Notes under the pieces: model-generated | Seen by the model: the letters and a program-made list of their open reading frames with translations, nothing else | What the model was told of the DNA's origin: nothing | Database searches by the model: none | Shown: positions 1-10,729 of the stretch, piece by piece | Layout of the letters: each line of letters starts with the position of its first letter | How positions within the stretch are numbered: the stretch's first letter is position 1 | Made by a program: the position numbers and the translations under genes | Source of the DNA: a bacterium | Lineage (GTDB): Bacteria; Electryoneota; Electryoneia; Electryoneales; Electryoneaceae | Direction of reading: 5' to 3' | DNA: 64,000 bases | NCBI GenBank assembly: GCA_020444425.1 | Contig: JAHLLB010000021.1 | Coordinates: forward strand, 5,038-69,037

Positions 1-57
1 CAGCAACGCCAGCAGCAGGAAAAGCGGAATCGCGAGGTATGTGGTGCGAAATCTCAT
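1..57 (-). CDS. 5' end of a signal-peptide-bearing protein gene running off the left edge (partial)
   Basis: The reverse strand reads ATG (57..55) then MRFRTTYLAIPLFLLLALL, a basic N-terminus plus hydrophobic core. It starts 23 nt after the stop of the upstream gene. Only 19 codons are visible. Confidence 0.3.
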   Translation of the reverse strand, partial: MRFRTTYLAIPLFLLLALL

Positions 58-80
58 GTGCAGTGTGCCTCGTGACGCGT

Positions 81-3000
81 TCATTTCATCAACACGAGTT
101 TGCGCGTGAACGCTTTGTCGCCAGTCTTCAGGTGCAGCAGGTAGACGCCGCTCGCCAGCCCATCCGCACGCCAGCTCATGCGGTGGCTGCCAGCAACGTG
201 CCGCGCGTTCTCGAGCACCGCGACCCGCTGGCCGAGTACGTTGTACAGGATCGCCTGAACGCTCGCCGGTTTCGGCAGATCGTAGCGCAGGGTCAGGGTC
301 GAGTTGAACGGATTCGGCCAGACCTCACGCAGCGCGAACTCGCCGGGCAGGGTATTATCGTTGTCGTCCACGTCCGAATACGGATTCAATAGTGTGAACG
401 GCTGGTCGCTGTAAACCGTATCGCCCTGTGAGACTGCCATCACCGACCACGTGATCTCCGGCGAACCGTTCCACGTCAGGTCAAGATCGTCGAAATCGAC
501 CGTCAGTTGCGGATCGGTGCTTCCGGGAATCTCGACGGTCTCGTTGTACGAAGTGAGGCTGAGGGTGTACTCGGCGAAGGCGTACGGATCGTTGTCCACG
601 CACTCAGCCCAGGTGAACGTGACGATCTCATCCTGCATCGCAGTGCCGTCTTCCGGCGTCACCAGTGCGAACGGCTGCGGCTGCTGGAAGTTGACCTCAC
701 GGACCATGCGGACATCGTCGATGTACCAGCCGGCCTTGCCCAGATCACCGTGTGTCTTGCTTTCGAAGACGAGATCCGCGGTCGCGCCGTGCATGTGGCG
801 CAGGTCAACGACGACGGTTTGCCAGTCGCCGGTTTCACCGCTGTACACATCGGTTCCGTTATCGACACCCGATCCGGGGATGCGGAAATTGTAGCCACCG
901 ATCGGTTCTATCTTATCATAGCCTGGGGCGTCGGTTCCGAATTCGCCACCGTCGATGGCTGATCCGGGAACGTCCGGATCAACAGCGTACTCGAGCCACT
1001 GTTCGTAAACCAGCAGCAACGGACCATACTCCGGCGCGAGCATCTCGTTGATAATCAGGAAGGAGGGTACTTCCTGTGTGTACGGTCCGTCGAGAATGGT
1101 CCCGACGACATTCTCACCGCTGACTGCACCGGTCGGCCCGTACGTTGGAGCGCCGATCTGCCACTCACCCAGCGGGACGACTTCGCCGCCGGTATTCTCA
1201 AAGTCGATGACTTCGAACACGGACGAGGCGTTGGAAATGGTCGTCTCGTACCAGCCATCCTCGGGAAACGTCAACGGATTTCCGGTCGCAGACAGGTCTT
1301 CGGATTGCAGCTTGTAGGTAATCACGTCCCCTGCCTGTACGGGGACATTCTCCGGCAGACTGACGGACCAGACGTCGTTCTCACCGACCGGCTCGAGTTC
1401 GAGCGTACCCTGCGCCGCTCCATTCACCCGCCACAACACGGTGATGCTGGAGATGTCGGTTTGTTCCGGTGTGGCGTTGATCCACATCGGCCAGCCGGTG
1501 CGCGGGAAGGTGTCGGTGGTGAGCACGTTCAGCTCGATGCCGGTGACATCATCCGCTGTCACCTGAAGTGGAAGCGATAGCGGGCCGTAGTTTCCGCCGA
1601 GGTCCCGGATGCGCACTGCAACGTAGTTCTCTTCCTGGTACGGGAGCGTGGTGACGTAGGTCCAGTCATCGAGGCCGATCGCGCGCAGCCACGGGTCATC
1701 GTCCGAGGTCCAGATAATCGGCGAATTTTCGGTTGGCGGGTCGGTATCGGCGAGGATCTCGTAGGTGTATTGATGCCCGTCGACAACCGGCTGCCAGCTG
1801 ACCGCGACAGATCCCTCGCCGTCTTCATGCACTTCCAGCCCCTGGATTTGCGGCGGTGAGGCGATTGAAACCGGATCATCCCACCAGTCCAGCCAGTTCG
1901 AAATGGAATTCAGGAACGGTGCGTAGAACTCCAGCATCGGGGTGTACGTCGTGATCTCCGGCGGCAGTACCTGCAGGTTGAACATGCTCGCGCGCGGGTA
2001 GTTGTTGTCCTCGAGGTAGGCGGGCCACTCATCCATCTCAACGTGCAGGAACGGCTGAATCGACTGGAACGCGATGTAATTGTGCGACTCATCGTAGAGG
2101 TACTGATCCTGCTGATTGTTCGGATCGCCGCGCAGGGTTGTCGCCTGCGGAACACGCAGCGAATCATTCGGCCCAACGTGTACGTAATAGTTGAGCGTCG
2201 AATTCATCGCGTAGTAGTCGTTCACCGGCATCGCAGGCAGCGGGCCATCATTGCCGACATAGTCGCCTGCCGCGAACACCGGGTGCGGGGTCATGTGCGC
2301 CAAGTCGCGTCCTTCCTGCCGCAAGTCACGCATGGGCAGGTACGGCACGGTGTGCGTGTACCCGGCGGACAGGATGTTCGGTGTGTGCAGATCGTGGCTC
2401 GGGTCGAAGCTGTGCAGTTGGATGACAAACGCCGGGTGCGGATAGTAGCCGATGAATTCATCGGCGAAGCGTTCGGTGTAGCGTTGCAAGGGCAAACGCG
2501 GATTGCGGCTAGGATCGGACAGCGATTTGCTGTTGGAATAGCTGCCCTGTTCAGTCCACATCACCTCGCGCCCGGAACCATTGATACACAAGGCTCCCGC
2601 GTCAATTTCCAGGAACAGCTCGATGGCGGCATAGGGTGCGAAGAAGTCGTCGCACGGATGCACCACCTGCACCATGATGTTGGCACGAGTGGCATTCGGG
2701 TTGAAGATGAATACGCCCCAGCCGTTGTCGAAGGAACCGTAGATATCGTCGGCTGGATCGGAGGTGCCTGACGTGTCGACGTAGTCCATGTTCAGCTGTT
2801 CGCGGAGGATGTAGAAGGTGCGGCCGTAGTCGCTGTCCTCGAACTGCACGGTCTCGTAGTGGAATGTCGCGGCGGAATCCGCGACCATCGTCGCGGCGGC
2901 GTCCAGATCATCCGCAAACATGGCGAGAAAGATGTCGTCCCAGTGGTCGAGCAGCTGATCGCCGTACGGAGTGTCCGGGATGTAGCGGAAGGATCCGAAG

Positions 3001-3215
3001 CCGGTGGTCTGCGGATCAAGTAGTGAGGGACCGTAGTCGTTGTATCCGGAATCGGCGATGGCCTCGGATACGTGGCTGACCCAGTTGTCGTAAGCCGACC
3101 CCGGGTTGCTTCCGGCGAGAAATCCTCTCAGGCTGCCCGTCTCTTGAATAATCTGTCCCATGGCCGGAAACGCCACTAGCCACGCAACACACAACGCACT
3201 GACAAACGTCCGCAT
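81..3215 (-). CDS. large secreted protein with T9SS (Por) C-terminal sorting domain
   Basis: ORF track gives 81..3518; I start it at the internal ATG 3215 (MRTFVSALCVAWLVAFPAMGQ, signal peptide). The last ~80 aa (WPNPFNSTLTLRYDL...GVYLLHLKTGDKAFTRKLVLMK) fit the type IX secretion sorting-domain pattern. The family of the body is not recognised. Confidence 0.8.
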   Translation of the reverse strand: MRTFVSALCVAWLVAFPAMGQIIQETGSLRGFLAGSNPGSAYDNWVSHVSEAIADSGYNDYGPSLLDPQTTGFGSFRYIPDTPYGDQLLDHWDDIFLAMFADDLDAAATMVADSAATFHYETVQFEDSDYGRTFYILREQLNMDYVDTSGTSDPADDIYGSFDNGWGVFIFNPNATRANIMVQVVHPCDDFFAPYAAIELFLEIDAGALCINGSGREVMWTEQGSYSNSKSLSDPSRNPRLPLQRYTERFADEFIGYYPHPAFVIQLHSFDPSHDLHTPNILSAGYTHTVPYLPMRDLRQEGRDLAHMTPHPVFAAGDYVGNDGPLPAMPVNDYYAMNSTLNYYVHVGPNDSLRVPQATTLRGDPNNQQDQYLYDESHNYIAFQSIQPFLHVEMDEWPAYLEDNNYPRASMFNLQVLPPEITTYTPMLEFYAPFLNSISNWLDWWDDPVSIASPPQIQGLEVHEDGEGSVAVSWQPVVDGHQYTYEILADTDPPTENSPIIWTSDDDPWLRAIGLDDWTYVTTLPYQEENYVAVRIRDLGGNYGPLSLPLQVTADDVTGIELNVLTTDTFPRTGWPMWINATPEQTDISSITVLWRVNGAAQGTLELEPVGENDVWSVSLPENVPVQAGDVITYKLQSEDLSATGNPLTFPEDGWYETTISNASSVFEVIDFENTGGEVVPLGEWQIGAPTYGPTGAVSGENVVGTILDGPYTQEVPSFLIINEMLAPEYGPLLLVYEQWLEYAVDPDVPGSAIDGGEFGTDAPGYDKIEPIGGYNFRIPGSGVDNGTDVYSGETGDWQTVVVDLRHMHGATADLVFESKTHGDLGKAGWYIDDVRMVREVNFQQPQPFALVTPEDGTAMQDEIVTFTWAECVDNDPYAFAEYTLSLTSYNETVEIPGSTDPQLTVDFDDLDLTWNGSPEITWSVMAVSQGDTVYSDQPFTLLNPYSDVDDNDNTLPGEFALREVWPNPFNSTLTLRYDLPKPASVQAILYNVLGQRVAVLENARHVAGSHRMSWRADGLASGVYLLHLKTGDKAFTRKLVLMK

Positions 3216-3491
3216 ATCCCCGATCCCCTCGATGTGTGTGGAATAGAGGAACTTAGGCAACGAACGTTTCCCGTACAAGCGAGGGCCCGAAATCTCTGCG
3301 AATCTTTCCGTTTGTTCTCCGCAGACAAACAGCGGCTCCGGACCGTATCCGCATCGTGTGGTGAAAGACGCAATAGGGGGCGGTCCGCTTGCTTCGTGAA
3401 CGGGCACTCGGTACGTTGCAGAGTTACGGATGTGGACCCTCGTGAGTTGGTCCTCGCGAGGATGGGTCGCTGTATTCGGGGGAGCTCGAGC

Positions 3492-6485
3492 ATGCTGAAT
3501 TGCACAGGCAACAAACACTTCACCCGTTGGATTGGTTTCGCGCTGCTATTGATCGCTGCGGTGGTGATTTTGCCACCGTCAACGATCGTCGCGCAGACCG
3601 AGGCGCCGCAGCTGACGGCGGTCGAGGAGGACGGCGGAATTCGTCTCATCTGGACCCGTCCCAGCGAGGGCGGCCGCTGGGCCGTGCTTCGCAGCTTCGA
3701 CGAGTTCGGCCTGATCGAGGACACGCTCGCCTACACCAGCGACACCACCTGGTTCGACCCGGAAGGGCTTGAGTATCCCGGCACGCGGGCGTTCTATCGT
3801 GTTGTGCCGTGGGAACCGGACGACCCGCCGAACGACTGGGTAGGCATCGAGGGATATGAGGAGGCGCTCACTCTCGAGGTTTTCGACACCGACCGTGACC
3901 TCGATCCGGTGTGGAGCCAGGAAAACGGCGGCGCATTCGGCGAACCCGGCCAGCACCTGCTGCTCGGCGGGGACACGTGGAAAACCCAAACGCTGGACGA
4001 TCCGATTCCGCTGGACCGGGACATCATCTGGGCGGTGGACGCCATGAGCGACACCACCAGCCGTCTGCAGATGATCGGCTTCGGCGACGGCACGGACGAA
4101 ATGTGGTACGTGCTCTGGGGCCAGTACGCACCGAACACGGACAGCCTGATCTGGACCTACCAGGGCTGGTTCCCGGAGTTCGAGTGGAGCACGTTCAACC
4201 TGCCCATCGGTGAGGACTGGCATGGCCGGTTCGGCGGCAATCCGACGATCGACCGCGTCTTCTACGTCAACGATTCTTCCGATGATGATGATCAGGGCTG
4301 GCTGCGGATCGACAATTTGCGTGACGCGACCAACGCCCAGCCGAACCGTCCCGAGGTAAGCTTCGAATGGCAGTGGATCGAACACCCCGATCCGGATTCA
4401 GTCACGGTGCAGCTCGTCAACTGGTCAATGGACCAGGACAGCGACAATCTCACCTTCCTGTGGACCTTCGGCGACGGCACCAGCAGCGTGGTGGAACATC
4501 CACGGCACACATATCCGATTGAAGGCGAATGGCCGGTGACGTTACGTGTGGCCGATGGGTACGAACGCTGGGACATGTTGACGCAGACGATCAGTAACGG
4601 GATCATCACTCAGCCGCGTGGCAACTTCACCATCGGAAACGTGGGTGACGTCATTCTCGCTCGCGGGATCATCAATCGCATCAACGACCTTGGGCAGGAC
4701 GCGATTTTCGCCGGTGTGCAGGATCTGCTGGACGAATTCGACATGAACTTCGGCAATTTTGAGTGCCCGTTTACGGTCTCCTCCGACGGCCATCCGACCA
4801 AAGGCATCCTGTTCAAGGCTCGCCCTACGGACTCATCGATTCTGCAGAACGCCGGGTACAACTGGGTGTCCCAGGCGAACAACCACACGATGGATTACAT
4901 GCTCGAGGGGATGCTCGAATCGGGCGCGGTTCTCGACGACGCGGGCATTGCCTGGAACGGCATGGGCATTAACGACATCATGGCGCGGCAGCCGGTGCTG
5001 ATGAATTACAACCGGATGAAGCTTGGCATTATCGCGATGTGTAACCGTGACGGCCACTACAACAACTACCAGCCGTACCTGGACGCCGCGCGCGATCGTC
5101 CCGGATTCGCGCTTTGGAACCGCACCGGGATTGAGGCCACGGTCGGCCTGCAGGACTCAGTTGACATCCTGATGTACCAGGTTCACTGCGGCAGCGAATA
5201 CTCGTTCATTCCCCGTGACGGCGACAACTTTGAGGAACCACGGAAGGCTGATGAAGTCGAGATCGACGATCCGTACGTGATCTTCTCGCTGGAACCGGAT
5301 TCCGGCGAGGTGGCGCTACGGCACTACGCCATCGATCAGGGCGCGGATGTTGTCATCTGCCACCATCCGCACGTGATCCAGGGCGTTGAGGTTTACAACG
5401 GAAAGTTCATCGCGCACAGCCTCGGTAATTTTGTTTTCGACCTCAGCTACAACGAAACGATGCCGTCGATGGTCACCGAACTGATTGTCGGCGACGAGGA
5501 AATTGATGGCGCCCGGGTCTACCCGATCTGGATCGAGAACGACCTTCCGCTGCAGCCGACCGGCGAGCTGGCCCGCGCGATCACCGACTACCTGACCCAT
5601 TATTCGCGGCTGCTGAACACACATCTCACCCGTCCCCCGGACAACGAGGTCGCGGACGTTCAATTTGACACGACCTACGCGCGCGATTCCTCCATGGGAG
5701 TGCGCCAGGTGACGCTCAACGACCATCCGGGCGATTTGAAACGCACTGCGCCAATCTTCCTCAACTGGGAAGGGTATGTGACCAACGTTCGGGTGGAAGA
5801 TTATCCCGACGGCACCCAGATTCGCTACGGCCGAGATATCCTGCTCTGGGCGAACATGGAGGAAGAGGGTGCGGATGTGTGGGTGACGAACAGCCAGTAC
5901 GAGGGCTACAGCACCGAGGTGATGTACAAAGGGCTGCGCAGCCTGCAGATCCAACTGCCGGATGGCGTCTGGAGCAATTATATCAGCGATTTCCGCCGCA
6001 AGGTGAAACTGCAGAGCCAACTGGCACACAGCTTCTCCGGCTACATTCGCACGCAGAATGTGTCGGAAGCGTCGTTCCAGATCCGTTTCCACAACAGTCG
6101 TGACGGCAACTGGGTGAGCAACAACGAAATCAGCCAGTCTGGCACGCAGGACTGGACGCAGCTGTACATGGACTTCGATGACGTCGAGAATGACTGGAAT
6201 TTCCTCAACGTACGCTGCAACCAGGAACCTCCGGACGGATCCACGGGTACAGCATGGTATGACCAGTGTTCGTTTGTCGAGTGGCAGCCGTGGGAGGATG
6301 TAGCTGCGGACGGTTCGGTGGATCTGCCGTATCCGAATGGGTATCGTTTCGCGCAAATCCAGATTCCCGCAGCCAATGCGCCGCCGGACAACGAGATTGT
6401 GATCTACTACGAGCGTGAATGGCCGGCGATGTACGATCCGCCGCGAAACCTGCCGGACGGTGAGATGGTGCAGGCGTCCCACTGA
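3492..6485 (+). CDS. secreted multidomain CapA-family (PGA_cap metallophosphatase-like) protein with PKD-like domain
   Basis: ORF track gives 3234..6485; start moved to ATG 3492 (MLNCTGNKHFTRWIGFALLLIAAVVILPP, signal/anchor). PKD-like block FLWTFGDGTSSVVEHPRHTYPIEGEWPVTLRVADG. CapA-like motifs GDVILARG, NFECPF, ANNHTMDY, HCGSEYS, ICHHPHVIQG, SLGNFVFD. Confidence 0.75.
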   Translation: MLNCTGNKHFTRWIGFALLLIAAVVILPPSTIVAQTEAPQLTAVEEDGGIRLIWTRPSEGGRWAVLRSFDEFGLIEDTLAYTSDTTWFDPEGLEYPGTRAFYRVVPWEPDDPPNDWVGIEGYEEALTLEVFDTDRDLDPVWSQENGGAFGEPGQHLLLGGDTWKTQTLDDPIPLDRDIIWAVDAMSDTTSRLQMIGFGDGTDEMWYVLWGQYAPNTDSLIWTYQGWFPEFEWSTFNLPIGEDWHGRFGGNPTIDRVFYVNDSSDDDDQGWLRIDNLRDATNAQPNRPEVSFEWQWIEHPDPDSVTVQLVNWSMDQDSDNLTFLWTFGDGTSSVVEHPRHTYPIEGEWPVTLRVADGYERWDMLTQTISNGIITQPRGNFTIGNVGDVILARGIINRINDLGQDAIFAGVQDLLDEFDMNFGNFECPFTVSSDGHPTKGILFKARPTDSSILQNAGYNWVSQANNHTMDYMLEGMLESGAVLDDAGIAWNGMGINDIMARQPVLMNYNRMKLGIIAMCNRDGHYNNYQPYLDAARDRPGFALWNRTGIEATVGLQDSVDILMYQVHCGSEYSFIPRDGDNFEEPRKADEVEIDDPYVIFSLEPDSGEVALRHYAIDQGADVVICHHPHVIQGVEVYNGKFIAHSLGNFVFDLSYNETMPSMVTELIVGDEEIDGARVYPIWIENDLPLQPTGELARAITDYLTHYSRLLNTHLTRPPDNEVADVQFDTTYARDSSMGVRQVTLNDHPGDLKRTAPIFLNWEGYVTNVRVEDYPDGTQIRYGRDILLWANMEEEGADVWVTNSQYEGYSTEVMYKGLRSLQIQLPDGVWSNYISDFRRKVKLQSQLAHSFSGYIRTQNVSEASFQIRFHNSRDGNWVSNNEISQSGTQDWTQLYMDFDDVENDWNFLNVRCNQEPPDGSTGTAWYDQCSFVEWQPWEDVAADGSVDLPYPNGYRFAQIQIPAANAPPDNEIVIYYEREWPAMYDPPRNLPDGEMVQASH

Positions 6486-6557
6486 GGTTGAGGGACGAAA
6501 TCCCCGGGTGCTTGTGATTGCGTGGAAGCACGCGTCCTGCTACATTTCGGGCGATTT

Positions 6558-6639
6558 GCGCGAGTGGTGGAATTGGCAGACACGCAGGTTTTAGGCACCT
6601 GTGCCGAAAGGTGTGGGGGTTCGAGTCCCCCCTCGCGCA
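6558..6639 (+). tRNA. tRNA-Leu (anticodon TAG), class II with long variable arm
   Basis: Hand-folded cloverleaf. Acceptor GCGCGAG/CTCGCGC plus discriminator A; D-arm GTGG-AATTGGCAGA-CACG; anticodon stem CAGGT/ACCTG with loop TTTAGGC (anticodon TAG); variable arm TGCCGAAAGGTGT; T-arm GGGGG-TTCGAGT-CCCCC. CCA is not encoded. Confidence 0.85.
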
Positions 6640-6686
6640 CGTGGACCACGTACCCCGGCATCTTTGGCAGCCGGAACATACGTTCG

Positions 6687-7094
6687 ATGAGGAGTGTGAC
6701 TGTGGCAGAACAGGATTACCGTGCAGCGACCAGCCTGATCATTGTCGCCAACGAGTACCCGGACCAGGATTTCCGCGAGAAGCGGGAACAGGCGCATGAG
6801 GGCGTGTACTTCAAGGAAATTTACATGCGCTGGCGTGACCTGTTCGCGCTGCTGCCGTCCGCCAAGGACGTGAAGTGGAACGAAAAGATCGACTTCGATG
6901 ATGCGGACATGTTCTACAACACGATGCGGTTGGTGGTGGAATCGGACGCGACCCCGCCGGATCTGTACGCGGACATTCTGGCGGCGACGGACGGCTTGAC
7001 GATCCGCTGGAGCGAATTCCTCGATCTGGTCCCCACTGCGGCGTCGGTTGACTGGTTGGCGGAATCGGAGCGCTACACGCATCCGGAAAAGTAA
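6687..7094 (+). CDS. hypothetical protein (135 aa)
   Basis: ORF track 6522..7094 overlaps the tRNA, so the first ATG after the tRNA is used (MRSVTVAEQDY...). GC3-rich codon usage matches the neighbours. No recognisable motif. Confidence 0.5.
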   Translation: MRSVTVAEQDYRAATSLIIVANEYPDQDFREKREQAHEGVYFKEIYMRWRDLFALLPSAKDVKWNEKIDFDDADMFYNTMRLVVESDATPPDLYADILAATDGLTIRWSEFLDLVPTAASVDWLAESERYTHPEK

Positions 7095-7150
7095 CCGCGC
7101 TCAGTATTTGGAGTTGCGGCATCAGTTCACATTTTAGTGCGCTAACCTCA

Positions 7151-7181
7151 CCCCTGTCCCCGACTCGGAGACGGGGGTTTG
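7151..7181 (+). terminator. candidate rho-independent terminator
   Basis: CCCCTGTC-(11 nt)-GACGGGGG stem (one G-U pair) followed by TTTG, 57 nt after the stop at 7094. Confidence 0.35.
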
Positions 7182-7394
7182 CTCATCGCTTGCATTAACG
7201 AAATCAAAGTCTAACTTGGCTCGCGGGCGCCGTGAGCGATCACGGCGCCCGCTCCTGTTGCAGTTTGTGACAAGAGTGCACGGTTTTCTTGGCCGTGCAC
7301 GTTGTGTAAAATTAAGAAGATGCATCGCGAAAAAACGTAGGCGCCGAGGTGTTGGTCCTCGTGCGACTCGGAACCGCGTAGCCGTGGGAGAGCT

Positions 7395-8756
7395 GTGAAC
7401 GTCAAGGAACCGGTACAGGAAGGTTGTGTGGTGCGGATCGGCATTGAACTGACCGCCGATGAACTGCAACCGCATGTCGAAGAATCGTTGAAGACGCTGC
7501 GCAAGACGGCGAAGCTTCCGGGCTTCCGTCCGGGCAAGGTGCCGGACAAGATTCTCAACCAGCGTTTCAGTCGTCAGATCAAGGAAGATGCCGCGGAAGA
7601 GGCGATCAAGGCGATGCTGCCGGACGCGTTGAAGGAAAGCGGCATCAACCCACTCGCGCTCTCCCCCGTCGAGGACACGGAATACGCTGAGGACGGCAGC
7701 TTCAGCTTCACCGCCGTGCTCGAAGTCGCGCCCGAATTCGACGTCGACAAGTGGAAAGAGGCGTCGGTGGAACGTTTCGTCGTCGACATCACCGACGAAG
7801 ACGTGAAGCGTCACATTGAGACGATGCAACGCGACAAGGCCGTTGTCACCGAGGGCGACGAAAATTCGACCGCATCAGCGGGCGACCGGTTGACCGTCGG
7901 AATGCAGGAAGTGGACAAGAGCGGTGTTGCGATTGTCGGCAACAAGCGCGAAACGCTGGTCTTCGAACTCGGCTCGGGTTACCTCGGCAAGGACGCCGAC
8001 GACAAGCTTCCGGGCATGAAGATCGACGAAACGCGCCGGATCGAAATCCAGGAAGACGAACCGCAGATCATCGAAACCCCGAGCGAGGGTGTCACGTTCT
8101 GGGACGTTCACCTGAAGTCGTTGGAGAAGATTGAACTGCCGGAGTTGAACGACGATTTCGCGGCGCAGGTGGACGAAAAGTTCGAAAGCTATGCGGACTT
8201 TGAGAAAAACGTCCGCGATCAGCTCAACACTTTTGCCCAATACCAGGCGAACCAGCGTTCGGCAGGCTCTTTGCGTGAGGCAGTGATCGGAGCGTACGAT
8301 TTTGAACTACCGCCGTCGCTGCTGAACCAGACCCTGGAAGACATGATCCAGCGTCAGATCCAGGAGTCCGGCAACGCGTACGATGCGAACACGCTGCGCC
8401 CGTACCTCGCGCCGCTGGCCGAACAGGAACTGAGATGGTTCTTCCTCCGCCGCCGTCTGATCGAAGCGGAAGGTATTGAGGTCACGGACGGAGAGATCGA
8501 GCAGCAGGTGGAGAACTACCACAAGGCTCATCCGGAAACCGACCTCGAGCAGTTAAAGCTGATGTTCAAGACCGGTGAGAAACGTGAGCAGCTCGCTGAC
8601 GAGATCATCATGGGCAAGGTGATGGAAGTGCTGCGAAACGGCGTCAAGTGGGAAGACAAGCCGGTTTCGTTCATGGACATCCTGATGGACGCTCGGGCTC
8701 AGCAAGTGCAACATGGGGCCCATGAGCACGATCATGACCATGATCACGCTGATTAA
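7395..8756 (+). CDS. tig: trigger factor
   Basis: GTG start. N-terminal ribosome-binding signature KLPGFRPGKVP, length 453 aa, and classical position upstream of clpP-clpX-lon. Confidence 0.9.
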   Translation: MNVKEPVQEGCVVRIGIELTADELQPHVEESLKTLRKTAKLPGFRPGKVPDKILNQRFSRQIKEDAAEEAIKAMLPDALKESGINPLALSPVEDTEYAEDGSFSFTAVLEVAPEFDVDKWKEASVERFVVDITDEDVKRHIETMQRDKAVVTEGDENSTASAGDRLTVGMQEVDKSGVAIVGNKRETLVFELGSGYLGKDADDKLPGMKIDETRRIEIQEDEPQIIETPSEGVTFWDVHLKSLEKIELPELNDDFAAQVDEKFESYADFEKNVRDQLNTFAQYQANQRSAGSLREAVIGAYDFELPPSLLNQTLEDMIQRQIQESGNAYDANTLRPYLAPLAEQELRWFFLRRRLIEAEGIEVTDGEIEQQVENYHKAHPETDLEQLKLMFKTGEKREQLADEIIMGKVMEVLRNGVKWEDKPVSFMDILMDARAQQVQHGAHEHDHDHDHAD

Positions 8757-8815
8757 ATTAGGGTATTCGGGAAAATCGTTTCCTGGCTGTCACCCAACGG
8801 GAGTTTGGAGATTTC

Positions 8816-9445
8816 ATGGAACAGACGGTTGGACAGTTGATTCCGATGGTGATTGAGCAGACCGGTCGTGGCGAACGTGCGTTCGACATTTACAGCCGCT
8901 TGCTCAAGGAACGGATTATCTTCCTCGGCACGCCGGTCGACTACCACATGGCGAACCTGATTATCGCGCAGTTGCTTTTCCTCGAGGCTGAGGATCCGGA
9001 ACGCGACATCAGCATTTACATCAACAGCCCCGGCGGATCCGTCAGCGACGGCCTCGCCATCTACGATACCATTCAGTACATCCGTCCAGATGTGCAGACG
9101 ATCTGCATTGGCCTGGCAGCCTCGATGGGCGCGTTGTTGCTCGCAGCGGGTACCAAGGGCAAGCGCAGCTCGCTGCCGAACAGCAAGATCATGATCCACC
9201 AGCCGTCCGGCGGTTTTCGTGGCACAGCGGCCGACATTGAGATCCACGCGCGCGAAATCCTCAAGGAACGCGAACGTTTGAACCGCATTCTTGCGCATCA
9301 CACCGGGCTGGATGTGGAGCAGATCTCGAAGGATGTCGACCGTGACAACTTCCTCGATCCGCAGGAAGCGTTGGAGTACGGGATCATCGACAAGATTCAG
9401 ACCTCTGATCGCAGTGACAAGAAATCGGATGATGACAAGAAGTAA
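8816..9445 (+). CDS. clpP: ATP-dependent Clp protease proteolytic subunit
   Basis: [38 protein letters not shown] (catalytic Ser), MIHQPSGG. Confidence 0.95.
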   Translation: MEQTVGQLIPMVIEQTGRGERAFDIYSRLLKERIIFLGTPVDYHMANLIIAQLLFLEAEDPERDISIYINSPGGSVSDGLAIYDTIQYIRPDVQTICIGLAASMGALLLAAGTKGKRSSLPNSKIMIHQPSGGFRGTAADIEIHAREILKERERLNRILAHHTGLDVEQISKDVDRDNFLDPQEALEYGIIDKIQTSDRSDKKSDDDKK

Positions 9446-9469
9446 CACATGAGTTCCTGGAGCTGACCG

Positions 9470-10729
9470 ATGAGTGACAACCCTCGTGAAATGAACCGAT
9501 CAGTCCAGCGTTGCAGTTTCTGTGGGCGTGGTTCGGATCAGACTCAGGTCATGATCAGCGGCCCGAAAGGGGTGATGATTTGTGACCACTGCATCCGGGC
9601 GTCCAACCAGATCATCCGGCAGAACCAGTCGGCGAAGCAGGTGAAGCCGCTCGATTCTTTTCCTGTGCCGCAGGAGATCAAGCGCCGGCTGGATGAGTAC
9701 GTTATTGGTCAGGAAGAAGCGAAACGCAAGATCGCGGTGGCGGTCTATAACCATTACAAGCGTGTCAACAATCGCACGCTTGAGGACGACATCGAGCTGG
9801 ACAAGAGCAATATCGTCCTGCTCGGCCCCACCGGCACCGGCAAAACGCTGATCGCGCAAACGTTGGCGCGGATGCTGCAGGTGCCATTCGCGATCGCCGA
9901 TGCGACCACGCTGACCGAAGCGGGATATGTCGGTGAGGATGTCGAGAACGTACTCGTTCGTTTGCTGCAGGCTGCGGAGTATGACGTCGCCTCGGCAGAG
10001 ATCGGGATCGTCTACATTGACGAGATCGACAAAATCTCGCGCAAGTCGCAAAACACGTCGATCACACGTGACGTCAGCGGCGAAGGTGTGCAGCAGGCGT
10101 TGCTGAAGATGCTGGAGGGTACGGTTGCCTCTGTTCCGCCCGAGGGTGGCCGCAAGCATCCGGAGCAGAAGCTTGTCAGCATCGACACGAAGAACATTCT
10201 CTTCATCTGCGGCGGTGCGTTCGAAGGCCTGGACGACATCGTCAAGCGCCGTGTCAACGAGCGCGCGATGGGATTTGGCGCGGATGTGTCAAGAGTGCAG
10301 CGGACATCGACGTTTGATTTCCTCCGTCAGACACAGCCGAAGGACATGATTCAGTTCGGCTTGATCCCGGAGTTGGTTGGCCGGATTCCGGTAATCGCGG
10401 CGATGGATGAGTTGAGCGAAGATGCGATGCTGCGCATTCTGACCGAGCCGCGCAATGCCGTGACCAAGCAGTTCAAGCGGCTGTTCCAGATGGAAGGCGT
10501 GGAGCTCGAGTTTGACCCCGAAGCGTTGATGGAAATCGTGCGTCAGGCGCAGGAGCGCAAGATCGGCGCGCGAGCGTTGCGTGCGATCATGGAACAGGCG
10601 ATGCTTGATCCGATGTTCACGATTCCGTCGCACAAGGAAATCAACCGCGTCCGGATCACAAAAGAGGTGGTGACCGGCGACGCGGAACCGATCTTCGAGG
10701 AGATCAACGAAAACCGGAAAAGCGCCTGA
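9470..10729 (+). CDS. clpX: ATP-dependent Clp protease ATP-binding subunit ClpX
   Basis: N-terminal C4 zinc finger (CSFCGR...CDHC), Walker A GPTGTGKT, Walker [17 protein letters not shown]. Confidence 0.95.
   Translation: MSDNPREMNRSVQRCSFCGRGSDQTQVMISGPKGVMICDHCIRASNQIIRQNQSAKQVKPLDSFPVPQEIKRRLDEYVIGQEEAKRKIAVAVYNHYKRVNNRTLEDDIELDKSNIVLLGPTGTGKTLIAQTLARMLQVPFAIADATTLTEAGYVGEDVENVLVRLLQAAEYDVASAEIGIVYIDEIDKISRKSQNTSITRDVSGEGVQQALLKMLEGTVASVPPEGGRKHPEQKLVSIDTKNILFICGGAFEGLDDIVKRRVNERAMGFGADVSRVQRTSTFDFLRQTQPKDMIQFGLIPELVGRIPVIAAMDELSEDAMLRILTEPRNAVTKQFKRLFQMEGVELEFDPEALMEIVRQAQERKIGARALRAIMEQAMLDPMFTIPSHKEINRVRITKEVVTGDAEPIFEEINENRKSA

Noticed and set aside
6522-6686. N-terminal extension of ORF 6522..7094, and minus-strand ORFs 6407..6679 and 6591..7082.
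   Set aside because: They overlap a well-folding tRNA-Leu (6558..6639), so only the part downstream of the tRNA is kept as a CDS.
6486-7394. The tRNA-Leu locus as an integration hotspot for a genomic island.
   Set aside because: No integrase, no duplicated tRNA 3' end and no composition shift next to the tRNA. The adjacent 135-aa ORF has host-like codon usage.
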